A program made the position numbers and the translations under genes. Below the pieces are notes generated by a model. It saw nothing but the letters and a program-made list of their open reading frames with translations, ran no database searches and was not told the DNA's origin. DNA of 32,000 nt from Thermofilum adornatum (GTDB lineage Archaea; Thermoproteota; Thermoprotei; Thermofilales; Thermofilaceae), in NCBI RefSeq assembly GCF_000446015.1, contig NC_022093.1:330001-362000 (forward strand), in the 5' to 3' direction. The first letter of the stretch is position 1, and each line of letters opens with the position of its first letter. Shown piece by piece: positions 18,098 to 27,187 of this stretch.

Positions 18098-18985
18098 TTA
18101 GAGCTCGGGCTTTATGGCCTTTAGCTTCTCGTAGAGGGCCTTTGCCTGTGCCTCTGCCTTGGCCAGTATCATTGGGACTGCTTCTTTGGCTGGGAACCCT
18201 GCCTGCGCCGCGAGGGCGATGGCCTCCATGTGGGCCTTGCCAATTATGGCTGGGAGCACCTGTGGCAAGGGCAGAGCGGCGTTGAACGCTAGGTTGTATG
18301 CCTGTGTATGGGCGCTGGAGAGCCTGTCCCTCCAGAGCTTTACGTCTAGCTCTACGTCCTTCGGAGAGATTATCCGGCCGTCTAGGTATATTGCCTTTAT
18401 CTGTAGCTTGCTCTCGATGGGCTTCAGCCCTAGCTTTGTCAGTAGCTCTGCCAGCTCAGGCGATATAACGTCTCCTGGCCGGGCCACGACTGTGTCCTTG
18501 GCTATCCAGATGCTTCCCTCCTGGACCCTTGTCGGTATGCCGAGCTTGTTGAAGTTGCTGATCATTGGGCCTGGTGGTATGCCCGTGTTTCCGGCCGGTA
18601 GGACGATCTCGTTTGTCGCAACGTCTCCTGCCCTGGCCTCGCGCATTATCTTCTGCTTGTCGAGGAAGAATATTATCGAGAATGGGTTTTTGTTAGTGAA
18701 TATGACGGCGTTTTGGCCCTTGAGGTACTGCTCTGCTTCTTTTGGGTTTTTCCCAGCCTTTTCGAGGGCTATGAGGAACACAGTGTTCTTTACTACTTTG
18801 AGGAGGGAGCCGTCCTGTCTGAGGAGGCTCTTGCTCTGCTTTAGGACTGATGCCGGCAACCCAGTGATGGATGCTATTAGGAAGTAGCGGTACTGCTGTA
18901 GTGCGTTGACGTATTCTTCTAGCTGCTTCGCCTTTCTCTGGCGTGCCGGGCTACTCTTAACCGTTACGGCTTTCTGTATGCTCAC
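18098..18985 (-). CDS. rplP0: Ribosomal stalk protein P0 (uL10), lacking the usual C-terminal acidic tail
   Basis: 295 aa. It matches archaeal P0 through the P1-binding helices but ends at ...AKALYEKLKAIKPEL. GTG start overlaps the L1 stop (GTGA). Confidence 0.88.
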   Translation of the reverse strand: MSIQKAVTVKSSPARQRKAKQLEEYVNALQQYRYFLIASITGLPASVLKQSKSLLRQDGSLLKVVKNTVFLIALEKAGKNPKEAEQYLKGQNAVIFTNKNPFSIIFFLDKQKIMREARAGDVATNEIVLPAGNTGIPPGPMISNFNKLGIPTRVQEGSIWIAKDTVVARPGDVISPELAELLTKLGLKPIESKLQIKAIYLDGRIISPKDVELDVKLWRDRLSSAHTQAYNLAFNAALPLPQVLPAIIGKAHMEAIALAAQAGFPAKEAVPMILAKAEAQAKALYEKLKAIKPEL

Positions 18986-19659
18986 TTTTTGCCACCCTCT
19001 CTAGCAATCTTAACAGGTTTACCCATAGCCAGCTTGAAATATATTTTGCCAATGTTTGAAGCGGAGAACTTCTTGAGTATCTCGCTTAGCACGGCGTTGG
19101 CGTTTTCGACCAGTTGTTCGACTGGCTGGGACTCTGTGCCTATCCTGCAGGCGATCTGTGGCTGGTCCTTTATCCTTATCCTTATAGACTTCTTTGCGCG
19201 GTCAATTAGCACGTTTACGGGGGCATTTGGCGGAACCGGCTGTGGCATTTTGCCGCGTGGACCCAGGTATTTACCTAGGATCCTACCCACGAGGGGCATA
19301 AGGTCTGTCGATGCTAGGAAGAAGTCGTACTTCTTTGCGAGCTTCCTCAGGGCCTTCTTGTCGTTGGCTATCTTGTTGAGCTCGTCCTTGTCTATGACTA
19401 TGTCTGCGCCGGCCTCTTTGGCCTTCAGTGCTAGGTCTCCGCTGGCAATCACGGCTACTTTGGCGAGCTTTTTCGGGGGCGCGTATGGAAGCACGACGAC
19501 AGTGTTTATCCTGTTCTCGGGCTTCTTGACGTCTACGTCCCTGAGCACGACGACCATTTCTACGCTTTGCTCGAACTTCCTCTTCTTTGGCGAGGAGGCT
19601 AGGGCCTGCTTTATGCCCTCCTTTAGGTCTCCCAGGTGGCTAACAACCTGTGTACTCAT
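18982..19659 (-). CDS. rpl1: Ribosomal protein L1 (uL1)
   Basis: 225 aa. Typical uL1 sequence (FEQSVEMVVVLRDVD...GPRGKMPQPV). ATGA overlap with L11. Confidence 0.92.
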   Translation of the reverse strand: MSTQVVSHLGDLKEGIKQALASSPKKRKFEQSVEMVVVLRDVDVKKPENRINTVVVLPYAPPKKLAKVAVIASGDLALKAKEAGADIVIDKDELNKIANDKKALRKLAKKYDFFLASTDLMPLVGRILGKYLGPRGKMPQPVPPNAPVNVLIDRAKKSIRIRIKDQPQIACRIGTESQPVEQLVENANAVLSEILKKFSASNIGKIYFKLAMGKPVKIAREGGKK

Positions 19660-20171
19660 CCTGCTTCACCCTCATGCTTCTTTATAAGCTCGTCGTATAG
19701 ACCCTTCTCGATTTCCTCTATAACCTGCTTGGGGGGCTTACCATCAATAGTCACGCCCATGCTCTGGGCTGTGCCAACGACAGTCTTTACGGCCGCCTTG
19801 AGGCTTGAGGCGCCGATGTCCTTCATCTTTATCTTGGCGATCTTGATCACCTGCTCCATGGACAGGTTGCCGACTGTCTCCTTGGATGGCTGGTGGGCAC
19901 CCTTCTCAACCTTGAGCTCCTTGACGATCAGGGCGGCAGTCGTGGGTGTGCCGACCTCCACCTCGAAGGTCTTCTTTTCAACGTCGACTATGACCTTTAC
20001 GGGTACACGCATCCCGGCATAGTCGGCTGTAAGCTCGTTTATCCTCTTGACTACCTGCATCACGTTTAGTCCAAGTGGGCCGAGGGCTGGCCCTATGGGT
20101 GGGCCGGCTGTTGCCTTGCCCCCGTCCACGAGGAAGTTAAATACCTTTGTGTTCTGCGACAAGGCGTCCAC
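19656..20171 (-). CDS. rpl11: Ribosomal protein L11 (uL11)
   Basis: 171 aa. GGKATAGPPIGPALGPLGLNVMQVVKRINE is the uL11 signature. GTG start lies 7 nt after the S19 stop. Confidence 0.95.
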   Translation of the reverse strand: MDALSQNTKVFNFLVDGGKATAGPPIGPALGPLGLNVMQVVKRINELTADYAGMRVPVKVIVDVEKKTFEVEVGTPTTAALIVKELKVEKGAHQPSKETVGNLSMEQVIKIAKIKMKDIGASSLKAAVKTVVGTAQSMGVTIDGKPPKQVIEEIEKGLYDELIKKHEGEAG

Positions 20172-20178
20172 CCGCTAC

Positions 20179-20604
20179 CTACTTCAAGGCCACAAACATT
20201 GATGACCTTGTTGCTTTTAAGCCTGGCTCTCCGTGCTCAACCTTCTTTGTCGTCAACGCGAACTCTCCGAGGTAGTGCCCGATCTTTTCCGGCGTTATCT
20301 CGACTGGTACAAACTCTTTGCCGTTGTGGACGTGTATCGTTAGCCCGACCATCTCTGGCAAGATGATGAAGTCCCTCAGGTGGGTCCTAATGGTCGGCTG
20401 CTTCTTGCCCTTGCTTACGAGCTCCTCGGCCTTCCTTATCTTCTCGAGAAGCTTGAGGTGCTCCTCGCTGGTCTTTTGCTTGAAGATCCTTAAGAGTGTT
20501 CTCCTCTGCCTGGCTGGGAAGAGCTCTGCAAGCTTCTCTATCGGCATCTGCCGTAGCTCGTCGATCGTGTAGCCCCGATACGTAAACTTTAGACTGCTTT
20601 CCAA
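20179..20604 (-). CDS. rps19: Ribosomal protein S19 (uS19)
   Basis: 141 aa. [14 protein letters not shown]...[39 protein letters not shown] is typical archaeal uS19. TTG start, with AAAATTTAAAT box upstream. Confidence 0.92.
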   Translation of the reverse strand: MESSLKFTYRGYTIDELRQMPIEKLAELFPARQRRTLLRIFKQKTSEEHLKLLEKIRKAEELVSKGKKQPTIRTHLRDFIILPEMVGLTIHVHNGKEFVPVEITPEKIGHYLGEFALTTKKVEHGEPGLKATRSSMFVALK

Positions 20605-20842
20605 CTCTATCCCCTCACGTATACCTCAAGGAAATGTTTTTTAGTGATTTAAATTTTTTGTGCAGAGCCACTGTTTTCCTGGCTAGGCACGCTGAGGCGC
20701 CACTGAATGGAGACATGGTTTTGGCTATTAGGGGAAGACCTGGAGGGGCTGGCTTACCTAGTTAACTGGGAAACATATAAAACGTTATATATAATACGCA
20801 TTATTTAAACAAATTAATTCTACTGTTTAGCTATAACTATTT

Positions 20843-22015
20843 GTGAGCGAAAAAAGGATCGTAGTCGTTGGAGGAGGATTCGGCGGCTTCTATGCACTTA
20901 AGACACTGTCAGAGCTAGGCGTAACAAAGAGACACGAGGTAACACTGATAGACAGAAGCCCTATGTTCGCGTATCTGCCGTCCCTGCCATACCTCTTGTC
21001 AAAAAAGAAGACCGTTGAGGACCTCACGGAGCCCTTTGAGAAGATCACTAAGAGGCTGGGCGCCAAGTTCATACAGGGCGAGTTCGCGGGTGTCTCGATA
21101 AGGGAGTCAACCGTAGTACTTGGCAACGGCGACAGGGTCCCCTATGACTACCTCATAATCGCTGTTGGCGCGACGACGGAGTACTACAACATACCGGGCG
21201 CCGAGCAGACGCTTGCCTCCTGGAGGCTCGAAGACTACCTCAGGATACAGGAGGAGCTGAAGAAGCACGGAGACAAGTGTAGGGTGTGCATCGCCGGCGG
21301 TGGCCTCACGGGCGTCGAGGTTGCCGGCGAGCTTGCAGAGGTGCTTGGCGGAGAAAACGTCACGATAGTAGAGAAGATGCCCTACCTGATGCCCACGCTG
21401 AACAGGCCCAAGGCCTCGGAGATAATAGAGAAGTTCCTGTCCCAGAAAGGCGTAAGGATAATCAAGGGCAACGGCGTCGTAGAGGCGTCGAGCAACCATT
21501 TAAAGCTTGAGGACTCGACAACGCTGGACTGCGACTTGGTGATATGGAGCCTAGGCGTAAAGGCCCCAAGCATAGCCTTCGACCAGCCAGTGAAAACGGT
21601 TAAGCGTGGATGGATAGCCGTGAAGCCAAACCTACAGCTACAAGACTACACAAACATATACGCAGTCGGCGACATAAACCACTTCGCCCTAGACTCTGAC
21701 TACGCAATGAAGATGGCGGAAGAAGCAATACTACAGGGCAAGACGGCAGCCAAAAACATAGCCCAACAGCTTGAAGGAAAAGACCCAACATACACACACC
21801 AGCCAATATTCCTCGCGTCCAAGCCCAAAAGCCTCGTCTCAGTAGGCTACAACACAGCACTAATGGTCTGGGAAAACAGGCTACTATTCGGCAAAATGCC
21901 ATACATAAGCAAAATGCTCATAGAAACCGTAGTCATGAGAGACATAAAGGGCAAAATAGGAGGAGGAACAGCGACAAAACTAGAAAGCACACTACTCAGA
22001 ACAATATCAAGATAA
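20843..22015 (+). CDS. Type II NADH dehydrogenase / pyridine nucleotide-disulfide oxidoreductase family flavoprotein
   Basis: 390 aa. Two Rossmann motifs, VVVGGGFGGFYA and VCIAGGGLTGVEVAGE, plus AVGD near the C-terminus. GTG start. Confidence 0.8.
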   Translation: MSEKRIVVVGGGFGGFYALKTLSELGVTKRHEVTLIDRSPMFAYLPSLPYLLSKKKTVEDLTEPFEKITKRLGAKFIQGEFAGVSIRESTVVLGNGDRVPYDYLIIAVGATTEYYNIPGAEQTLASWRLEDYLRIQEELKKHGDKCRVCIAGGGLTGVEVAGELAEVLGGENVTIVEKMPYLMPTLNRPKASEIIEKFLSQKGVRIIKGNGVVEASSNHLKLEDSTTLDCDLVIWSLGVKAPSIAFDQPVKTVKRGWIAVKPNLQLQDYTNIYAVGDINHFALDSDYAMKMAEEAILQGKTAAKNIAQQLEGKDPTYTHQPIFLASKPKSLVSVGYNTALMVWENRLLFGKMPYISKMLIETVVMRDIKGKIGGGTATKLESTLLRTISR

Positions 22016-22160
22016 GCCAACAACCTTCTACGCCATGTATTTTCTCCCCTAATTTCTTCAAGAAATCAAACAAGCGATCCACCAAAACAATCTCTAGAGA
22101 AAGCCCTACCTAGTGCGCATCCAGACACGTTTACACGTGGATGGCTCAACAAACTCCTAC

Positions 22161-22252
22161 CTTTGAATTCTTTCTGAGTTGCATCGAACGGTGTCTTATT
22201 GTTGAAGAGTAGAGGTACACGTTCGGACTTTCAATTCTTTCTGAGTTGCATC
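22161..22252 (-). CRISPR. Mini-CRISPR array, family 1: 2 repeats and 1 spacer
   Basis: Repeats at 22161-22185 (CTTTGAATTCTTTCTGAGTTGCATC) and 22228-22252 (CTTTCAATTCTTTCTGAGTTGCATC), with a 42-nt spacer. Confidence 0.85.
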
Positions 22253-22468
22253 CGAATTGTTTTGCCCATGAGGGGTTTATATGTTTAACGTTTGATTTTT
22301 TGAAGAAGTCTGCAAAACTGCCCTAGCACTCAAAATTACACATTAGAAGCTTCTGAAACTTCCCACCAGGGAAGCTTCCCAGAATGCCCCGTTTTGGGTC
22401 GGGAATTTTTCCCGTAATCTCTTTTTAAAATAACCTTCCCAACGAGAAACTTCATAAATAACTTTTAG
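22253..22468 (-). promoter_or_regulatory. CRISPR leader, family 1, copy 2 (about 216 nt)
   Basis: Collinear with 13229-13445. Both share GGGGTTTATATGTTTAACGTTT, AAAACTGCCCTAGCACTCAAA, CTTCTGAAACTTCCCA, CCCGTAATCTCTTTTTAAAA and GAGAAACTTCATAAATAACTTTTAG. Confidence 0.8.
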
Positions 22469-22691
22469 GTCAGACAGTTAGGTGGACTTGACGTAATGCC
22501 ATGTATATTTTCTATGTTTTGGTTGTGATGCTTGGCGAGGCATGGAGGAGAATCCTTTGGGCTTCTATGCAGTTTTTGGCTGAGCAATTGTTTTTGTGTG
22601 GGATTTGGCTGGCGATTTGGCTAGGTTATCTGGTTGGGTAATTTGAAGAAAACGGTGGAGGGATAAAGGGAGAAATGTCTAATAAGGGGGC

Positions 22692-23438
22692 TTACTGTGT
22701 GGGGGTTCTTGATGTTCCCTTCTTTCTTCCTGTTCTTCTTGGTGCTATGTGTCCTACTTTTCTGCCTGGTGGGGCGTTTCTGGGGGCTGGGGTTAGTCCT
22801 TTCTGGTGTGATCCTCCGCCTGCTGGGTGGGCGTATGCAGACATTGCTTTGCCGCGTACTGTTGGGTACTTGAATGACTTGGCCCTTGACTTGTGCCAGT
22901 TTTTGCCTGCCTTTAGGAGTGGCTTTTCTATTCTGCCACCTCCAGCGACCATGCCGATGGTTGCCCTTGCCTCGCTATCTACTTCTTTTACTTTCTTGCT
23001 TGGCAACTGTATGAGTGTCTTACCGTTTGAGTGCGCGAGGACTAGGGCGTATGCGCCGCTGCTCCTAGCGATTTTTCCTCCGTCTCCTGGCCTCAGCTCG
23101 ATGTTTGAGACTATTGTTCCCTCTGGCACGTTTCCTATGGCTGTTATGCTTCCTAGGACTATTGGAGCCTTTGCGCCGTAGTATATCTTCTGGCCGACTG
23201 CTAGGCCCTCTGGGGGTACCATGTACATTGTTGTCCCGTCCTCGAACCTTACAATTGCTAGTGGCGCGCCCCTGCCCGGCTCGTGGACAATGTCCTTGAC
23301 TACGCCTACGAGGACCTTCTCCTTGAATGTTTCTGGGTTGTATGGCGGGTACCTTGCAGGTGCTATCCTCTTCCAGCCGGGGTTCCTAAACACGCTGCCG
23401 CCGCGGCCCCTCCTCTGTACGAGTAGCCTTTTACCCAT
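22692..23438 (-). CDS. rpl2: Ribosomal protein L2 (uL2)
   Basis: 248 aa. MGKRLLVQRRGRGGSVFRNP... and GGGRIEKPLLKAG...HPAGGG are typical of archaeal uL2. Confidence 0.95.
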   Translation of the reverse strand: MGKRLLVQRRGRGGSVFRNPGWKRIAPARYPPYNPETFKEKVLVGVVKDIVHEPGRGAPLAIVRFEDGTTMYMVPPEGLAVGQKIYYGAKAPIVLGSITAIGNVPEGTIVSNIELRPGDGGKIARSSGAYALVLAHSNGKTLIQLPSKKVKEVDSEARATIGMVAGGGRIEKPLLKAGKNWHKSRAKSFKYPTVRGKAMSAYAHPAGGGSHQKGLTPAPRNAPPGRKVGHIAPRRTGRKKGTSRTPTQ

Positions 23439-23449
23439 TCATCACCACC

Positions 23450-23734
23450 CTAGACTAGACCCATCCTGCTCGCTATATCCATTGCGGAGTACTCTTTTGC
23501 GAGCTTTACATAAGCTTTTTTCTGCCCAAGCGGAGTTATCAGTGTCCTGACCTTTTCGACCTTTACGCCGAACATGGCCTCTACGGCCCTCCTTATCTCG
23601 TCCTTCGTAGCACGCCTGTCAACTATGAATGTAAGGGTGTTGGTCTTCTCGATCAACTGTAGAGTCTTCTCTGTAAGGTGGGGCTTGACTATTACCCCTA
23701 TGTCTCCCTTTTTACCCGTGTTACTGCTACTCAT
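23450..23734 (-). CDS. rpl23: Ribosomal protein L23 (uL23)
   Basis: 94 aa. [31 protein letters not shown] matches uL23. ATGA overlap with L4. Confidence 0.9.
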   Translation of the reverse strand: MSSSNTGKKGDIGVIVKPHLTEKTLQLIEKTNTLTFIVDRRATKDEIRRAVEAMFGVKVEKVRTLITPLGQKKAYVKLAKEYSAMDIASRMGLV

Positions 23735-24531
23735 TTATACAGCACCTCGTCCTTCAGCCTCTCCTCCAGAACCTTTACGGCAGAAACAGTATATAAGGTG
23801 AGCCTCCCAGGAACCCCGCCCGGGGCCAGGTGCAGGACGGACAGGTCGCTTGCCCTGACAACGTCCACGCCAGGCATGGACCTCGCGGCCTTCTCTACGC
23901 CCTGCTTCTCGCCAACAACGATTAGCAGGCTCTTGGGCTTCTTGTATCTCCTCCCACGCATCTTGCCCTTGCCAGCCCTAATCCTCGTGTTTTCCTGTGC
24001 CCTCTCTACGTCTTCCCAGAGGCCGAGCTTGCCGAGCGCCTCCCTCAGCTCCTTTGCCGTTGATATCTTCTCGAAGTCGTCCGCTACGATGATGGGCAAC
24101 TCTTTGTCTGGGACAACGTGGCCCCTAGAGAGGACAAGATCCTTTACCACCGTAGCCGCGATAGCGGACAACAGTGCCTTACGCTTCTCCTTCTTGTTTA
24201 CCTCTTCGTGTATGACCTCGTCTACCCTGGGCGGGTGAGCCTTGCGGCCCTTGACCGCCTGGACTACTCGTGCGGCCCTCATGCCGCCCTTTATGCGTGC
24301 AACCCTTGCTATGCCGTGCCCTACGCCTAGGCTCTCCGCGGTTGTCCTTAGGCCCGCTAGTGGGTCTGTGCCCTTTGGCTGTAGCCTAGACGTGAAGAGG
24401 GCCAGGTAGACCCTCCTGATGAGGTCGACCCTTATCGGGGACGCAAAGAAGGCTGGCAACTTTATCTTTTCTACTGGCTCCCCGTTCAAGTTGTAGACGG
24501 GGACCTCTAATAGTTTAGCTGTCTGCGTCAC
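23731..24531 (-). CDS. rpl4: Ribosomal protein L4 (uL4)
   Basis: 266 aa. It has typical archaeal uL4 features ([22 protein letters not shown]) and sits in the expected position between L3 and L23. Confidence 0.9.
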   Translation of the reverse strand: MTQTAKLLEVPVYNLNGEPVEKIKLPAFFASPIRVDLIRRVYLALFTSRLQPKGTDPLAGLRTTAESLGVGHGIARVARIKGGMRAARVVQAVKGRKAHPPRVDEVIHEEVNKKEKRKALLSAIAATVVKDLVLSRGHVVPDKELPIIVADDFEKISTAKELREALGKLGLWEDVERAQENTRIRAGKGKMRGRRYKKPKSLLIVVGEKQGVEKAARSMPGVDVVRASDLSVLHLAPGGVPGRLTLYTVSAVKVLEERLKDEVLYK

Positions 24532-24538
24532 TGCCTAT

Positions 24539-25543
24539 TCACCCCGAGACCTGCCATTGGGCAGTACTTAGATAGGTTATCTGTGGCACAGGCGTGACCT
24601 TGCCTGGCCTAATTGCGTGCCTCAGCTTTATGAGCCTCTTCGTAGGCCCTGGGACGCTGCCCTCAATGATTATGAACTGGCTCTTTACTAGGCCGTAGTG
24701 CTTCCAGCCTCCCGGCGGGTTGATCTCCTTCACTGTCGAGGCGTCGCCGATCTTGAGGATCTTCTTGTTGTACTCTGTCCTCTGGTGGAACCCAAGCTGT
24801 CCTGGGAACGGCGCGTAGAACATTATCGAGGGCTTCTGTGGGCCCACGCTACCGATCCTGCTGTGGCCCTTCCTGTGCTTGTGCCAGCGGGGCATCTCTT
24901 CTACGCCGAACCTCTTGACCGAGCCGGCGAAGCCCTTGCCCTTCGTCACGGCTATGGCGTCGACATAGTCGCCCTCCTTGAAGACGTCAGCCACTGTGAG
25001 CTCCTTGCCGAGCTTCTCGAGGGCGAGCTGGAGGGCCTTGTCCGGCTGGCCGCCGACAGCTATCTCGAATACCTCTGGCTTCTTCTTGCCGAGGCCCGCG
25101 AGCCTTGGCTGCGTAGCCACTATGACCCTTACCTCTGCTATCTTGTCCTTGACCTCTTCCAGCTTCTTCATCTGCTCCTCCTGGCTTGCCTGCTCCTTCG
25201 GCACAGTGAAGACCCTCTCAAGGTCCTTTGGCAAGTCCTTGGCCCACACCTCGCATAGGGCCTTCTTGCCGCCCGGCGTCTTTCCGTAGACCCTGACGGC
25301 CAGAACCTTTAGAGGCGGGACCTCGATCACCGTTGCTGGGTAGACTACTTCCTGTCCCTGGAACGGGCTAAACTTGTGCGTCTCGACTCCTATCACGTGG
25401 AGCATGCCGACCTTGTAGCCTGCAAACCCCAAGAAGCCTTCGCGCCCAGTAGGCCACCTCCTAACCCTGCCAACTATACTGCGTGCTCTCTTCCTCGGGT
25501 GATACGCGCGCGAACCACGACGCGGTCTATGCCCCTTAGCCAC
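24539..25543 (-). CDS. rpl3: Ribosomal protein L3 (uL3)
   Basis: 334 aa. GHRPRRGSRAYHPRKRA..., FAGYKVGM and TKGKGFAGSVKRFG are uL3 signatures. GTG start. Confidence 0.95.
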   Translation of the reverse strand: MAKGHRPRRGSRAYHPRKRARSIVGRVRRWPTGREGFLGFAGYKVGMLHVIGVETHKFSPFQGQEVVYPATVIEVPPLKVLAVRVYGKTPGGKKALCEVWAKDLPKDLERVFTVPKEQASQEEQMKKLEEVKDKIAEVRVIVATQPRLAGLGKKKPEVFEIAVGGQPDKALQLALEKLGKELTVADVFKEGDYVDAIAVTKGKGFAGSVKRFGVEEMPRWHKHRKGHSRIGSVGPQKPSIMFYAPFPGQLGFHQRTEYNKKILKIGDASTVKEINPPGGWKHYGLVKSQFIIIEGSVPGPTKRLIKLRHAIRPGKVTPVPQITYLSTAQWQVSG

Positions 25544-25718
25544 TATACATCACCAACCATGACTACAAAAAGCTACCAATAAACAACACTTATTAAGCTT
25601 TTTGCATACACGCCGCCACCAGACACAAGGCACGAAAAACACCAACAACGCTACACAGAAAAAGCATCGAAGGCTCACGTGGTCTTGTCGGAGCCACACG
25701 TTTACCAGGCTAGAAAAG

Positions 25719-26087
25719 CTACTCGCGGGAAGTGAATGTTATGTACATATACACGTACCTCTTCTCATCGGCAACAATAACATAGTCATACTTTAACCCG
25801 TGCCTCCAGGCAATCCTCTCAACAGCCCCTACAAGCTCCTTTGTCAAGCCGTCCTCCCCACTAGTAACCGCGAAGTGGTACTCCCACCACTAGTTGCCAG
25901 AATTAAAACTAGCCTCAACAATCGCCCACATAGTTTCTAGGGCCCTAAACTCCCCCAACAAGACATTAAAGACCTCCTGAGCCCCACCAACATAGTACCT
26001 CGACACCCTAACCGGCCTCACGATGCCCTCAACCCACACGCTCCCACCCCTCCCAGTATCCAGACCTCTATTCCCAGATTTAAACAC
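25719..26087 (-). pseudogene. Hypothetical ORF interrupted by one in-frame TAG (probable pseudogene)
   Basis: The 65-aa ORF (26087-25893) stops at TAG 25892-25890. The same frame then continues for 56 more codons (WWEYHFAVTSGEDGLTKELVGAVERIAWRHGLKYDYVIVADEKRYVYMYITFTSRE) to TAG at 25721-25719. I verified this codon by codon. I recognise no family. Confidence 0.4.
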
Positions 26088-26169
26088 AATTCCACCCCCA
26101 AGCTTTTAGAAATTTAAGCCACCCCCATGCAAGCAACTTTCAAACACAAAATCATAAGCCCCCCAGAAC

Positions 26170-26458
26170 CCAAAAAACCACTCCTCTCTGATACAGAACA
26201 AATCTAGACTGAACAAGATTCTCAAGGAAAAAGCCTATCAATTCATTCTTTTCTGATACAGCGATATAGTGAAGAAAATGAATGAAATCATATCTACAAA
26301 CTTTCAATTCATTCGTTTCTGATACAATTCGCTGAGAAGGCGAGGCAGAGTGTCAAGCTCTACACCTTTCAATTCATTCGTTTCTGATACTATGATGATA
26401 ACCCACCGTGGATTCTTACGTCTCATCGCATATCTTTCAATTCATTCTTTTCTGATAC
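26170..26458 (-). CRISPR. CRISPR array B, family 2: 5 repeats (the distal one degenerate) and 4 spacers
   Basis: Repeats at 26434-26458 (T variant), 26366-26390 and 26301-26325 (CATTCGTTTC variant), 26235-26259 (CTATCAATTC...), and a degenerate one at 26170-26194 (16/25). Spacers are 40, 41, 40 and 43 nt. Confidence 0.92.
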
Positions 26459-26758
26459 TGTTTCTTTGGGGTTTATTTTGTTGTGGTGTTATTTATTTGT
26501 TTTGGTTTTGTGTGAAAGTGTTTTTGTGCAGGGTCTTCCCATTGGAAGTATTAATTTTTCTTTAGTTTCTTCATTGTTGACTGTAAATGATATGGAATGG
26601 GAAGAGGGTCTAGGGAAGAACTTATTTTACAAAAAGTCTTCTTCCCGTAAAGCGTTAAAGTTTCCCGTAGAAAACGATTCTACAGAGATTTCTAAGGGAA
26701 CTATTTCCTCCCACCCCGTATCACGATGGAAAAATCTCTGTTTTTCACTTTTCTTCAA
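26459..26758 (-). promoter_or_regulatory. CRISPR leader, family 2, copy B
   Basis: Collinear with copies A and C. It keeps the same TTATTTATTTG box next to the first repeat and the same distal elements. Confidence 0.8.
26682..26741. repeat. Leader-distal inverted repeat, copy B (ACAGAGATTTCT ... AAAAATCTCTGT; 11/12 pairs)
   Basis: Arms at 26682-26693 and 26730-26741, with a T5 run after the right arm. Confidence 0.65.
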
Positions 26759-26947
26759 TATTATTTGAGTTATACTCATAGGAGCGACACGTGAATTTCT
26801 AGGGGTGTCTGTGTGCCTTTGGTTGGGCCTACTGTTTGATGAAGGGGCTGTTTATTTGATGTTTGGAGGTTGTGGTGGTTTCGGTGGGGGTGTTTTTGGC
26901 TGGTTTTTGGACTAGCTATGTTGGCGTCCTTGTTATGGGTGATTTTA

Positions 26948-27052
26948 TGATAATTTTGTTATTATTGATAATAACTTTGTTATTTTTATTTTTCGCTGTT
27001 TAAAATAACTGTGATAACTATGTTATTATTTAGGATAACGTTATTATTATCA
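26948..27052. promoter_or_regulatory. AT-rich operator-like block with four ATAAC-N(0-3)-GTTAT palindromes, between leader B and csx1
   Basis: ATAATTTTGTTAT 26950-26962 (one arm mismatch), ATAACTTTGTTAT 26971-26983, ATAACTATGTTAT 27014-27026, ATAACGTTAT 27035-27044. The block is conserved at 29916-30021. Confidence 0.6.
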
Positions 27053-27153
27053 CTGATCGTTTATTATAGATATGCCCTGGTGTCGGTGGTCTGAGCCGAA
27101 TGCGTCGGGTGTTGGTTCTTGGGTTGTGGCTTTTTTGCCATTGTTTGTTGTGA

Positions 27154-27166
27154 ATGTTTATATAGG
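27154..27166 (+). promoter_or_regulatory. Putative TATA box for csx1 (27188)
   Basis: ATGTTTATATAGG lies about 22-34 nt upstream of the ATG. This fits a leaderless or short-leader archaeal transcript. Confidence 0.45.
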
Positions 27167-27187
27167 GCTTGATGGGATTATATAGGT

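Noticed and set aside
18159-20022. Long plus-strand ORFs (242, 232 and 128 aa) opposite P0, L1 and L11
   Set aside because: They are antisense shadows of highly conserved ribosomal protein genes and have low-complexity composition.
20605-20842. 238-nt S19/NDH-2 intergenic region examined for a C/D-box or other small RNA
   Set aside because: No convincing C box (RUGAUGA) paired with a D box (CUGA) and no stable terminal stem was found on either strand. The region is adequately explained by two divergent promoters.
22127-22140. 10-mer ACACGTTTAC shared between the trailer side of mini-array 2 and 25695-25705
   Set aside because: Many chance 10-mer coincidences are expected within 32 kb, and no extended similarity surrounds it.
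22675-25289. Plus-strand ORFs of 168, 186, 186 and 103 aa opposite L2, L4 and L3
   Set aside because: They are antisense shadows of ribosomal protein genes.
26137-26161. CTTTCAA-initiated segment that could be another degenerate family-2 repeat
   Set aside because: Only the first 7 nt match, and its spacing to the degenerate repeat at 26170 (8 nt) is incompatible with an array unit.
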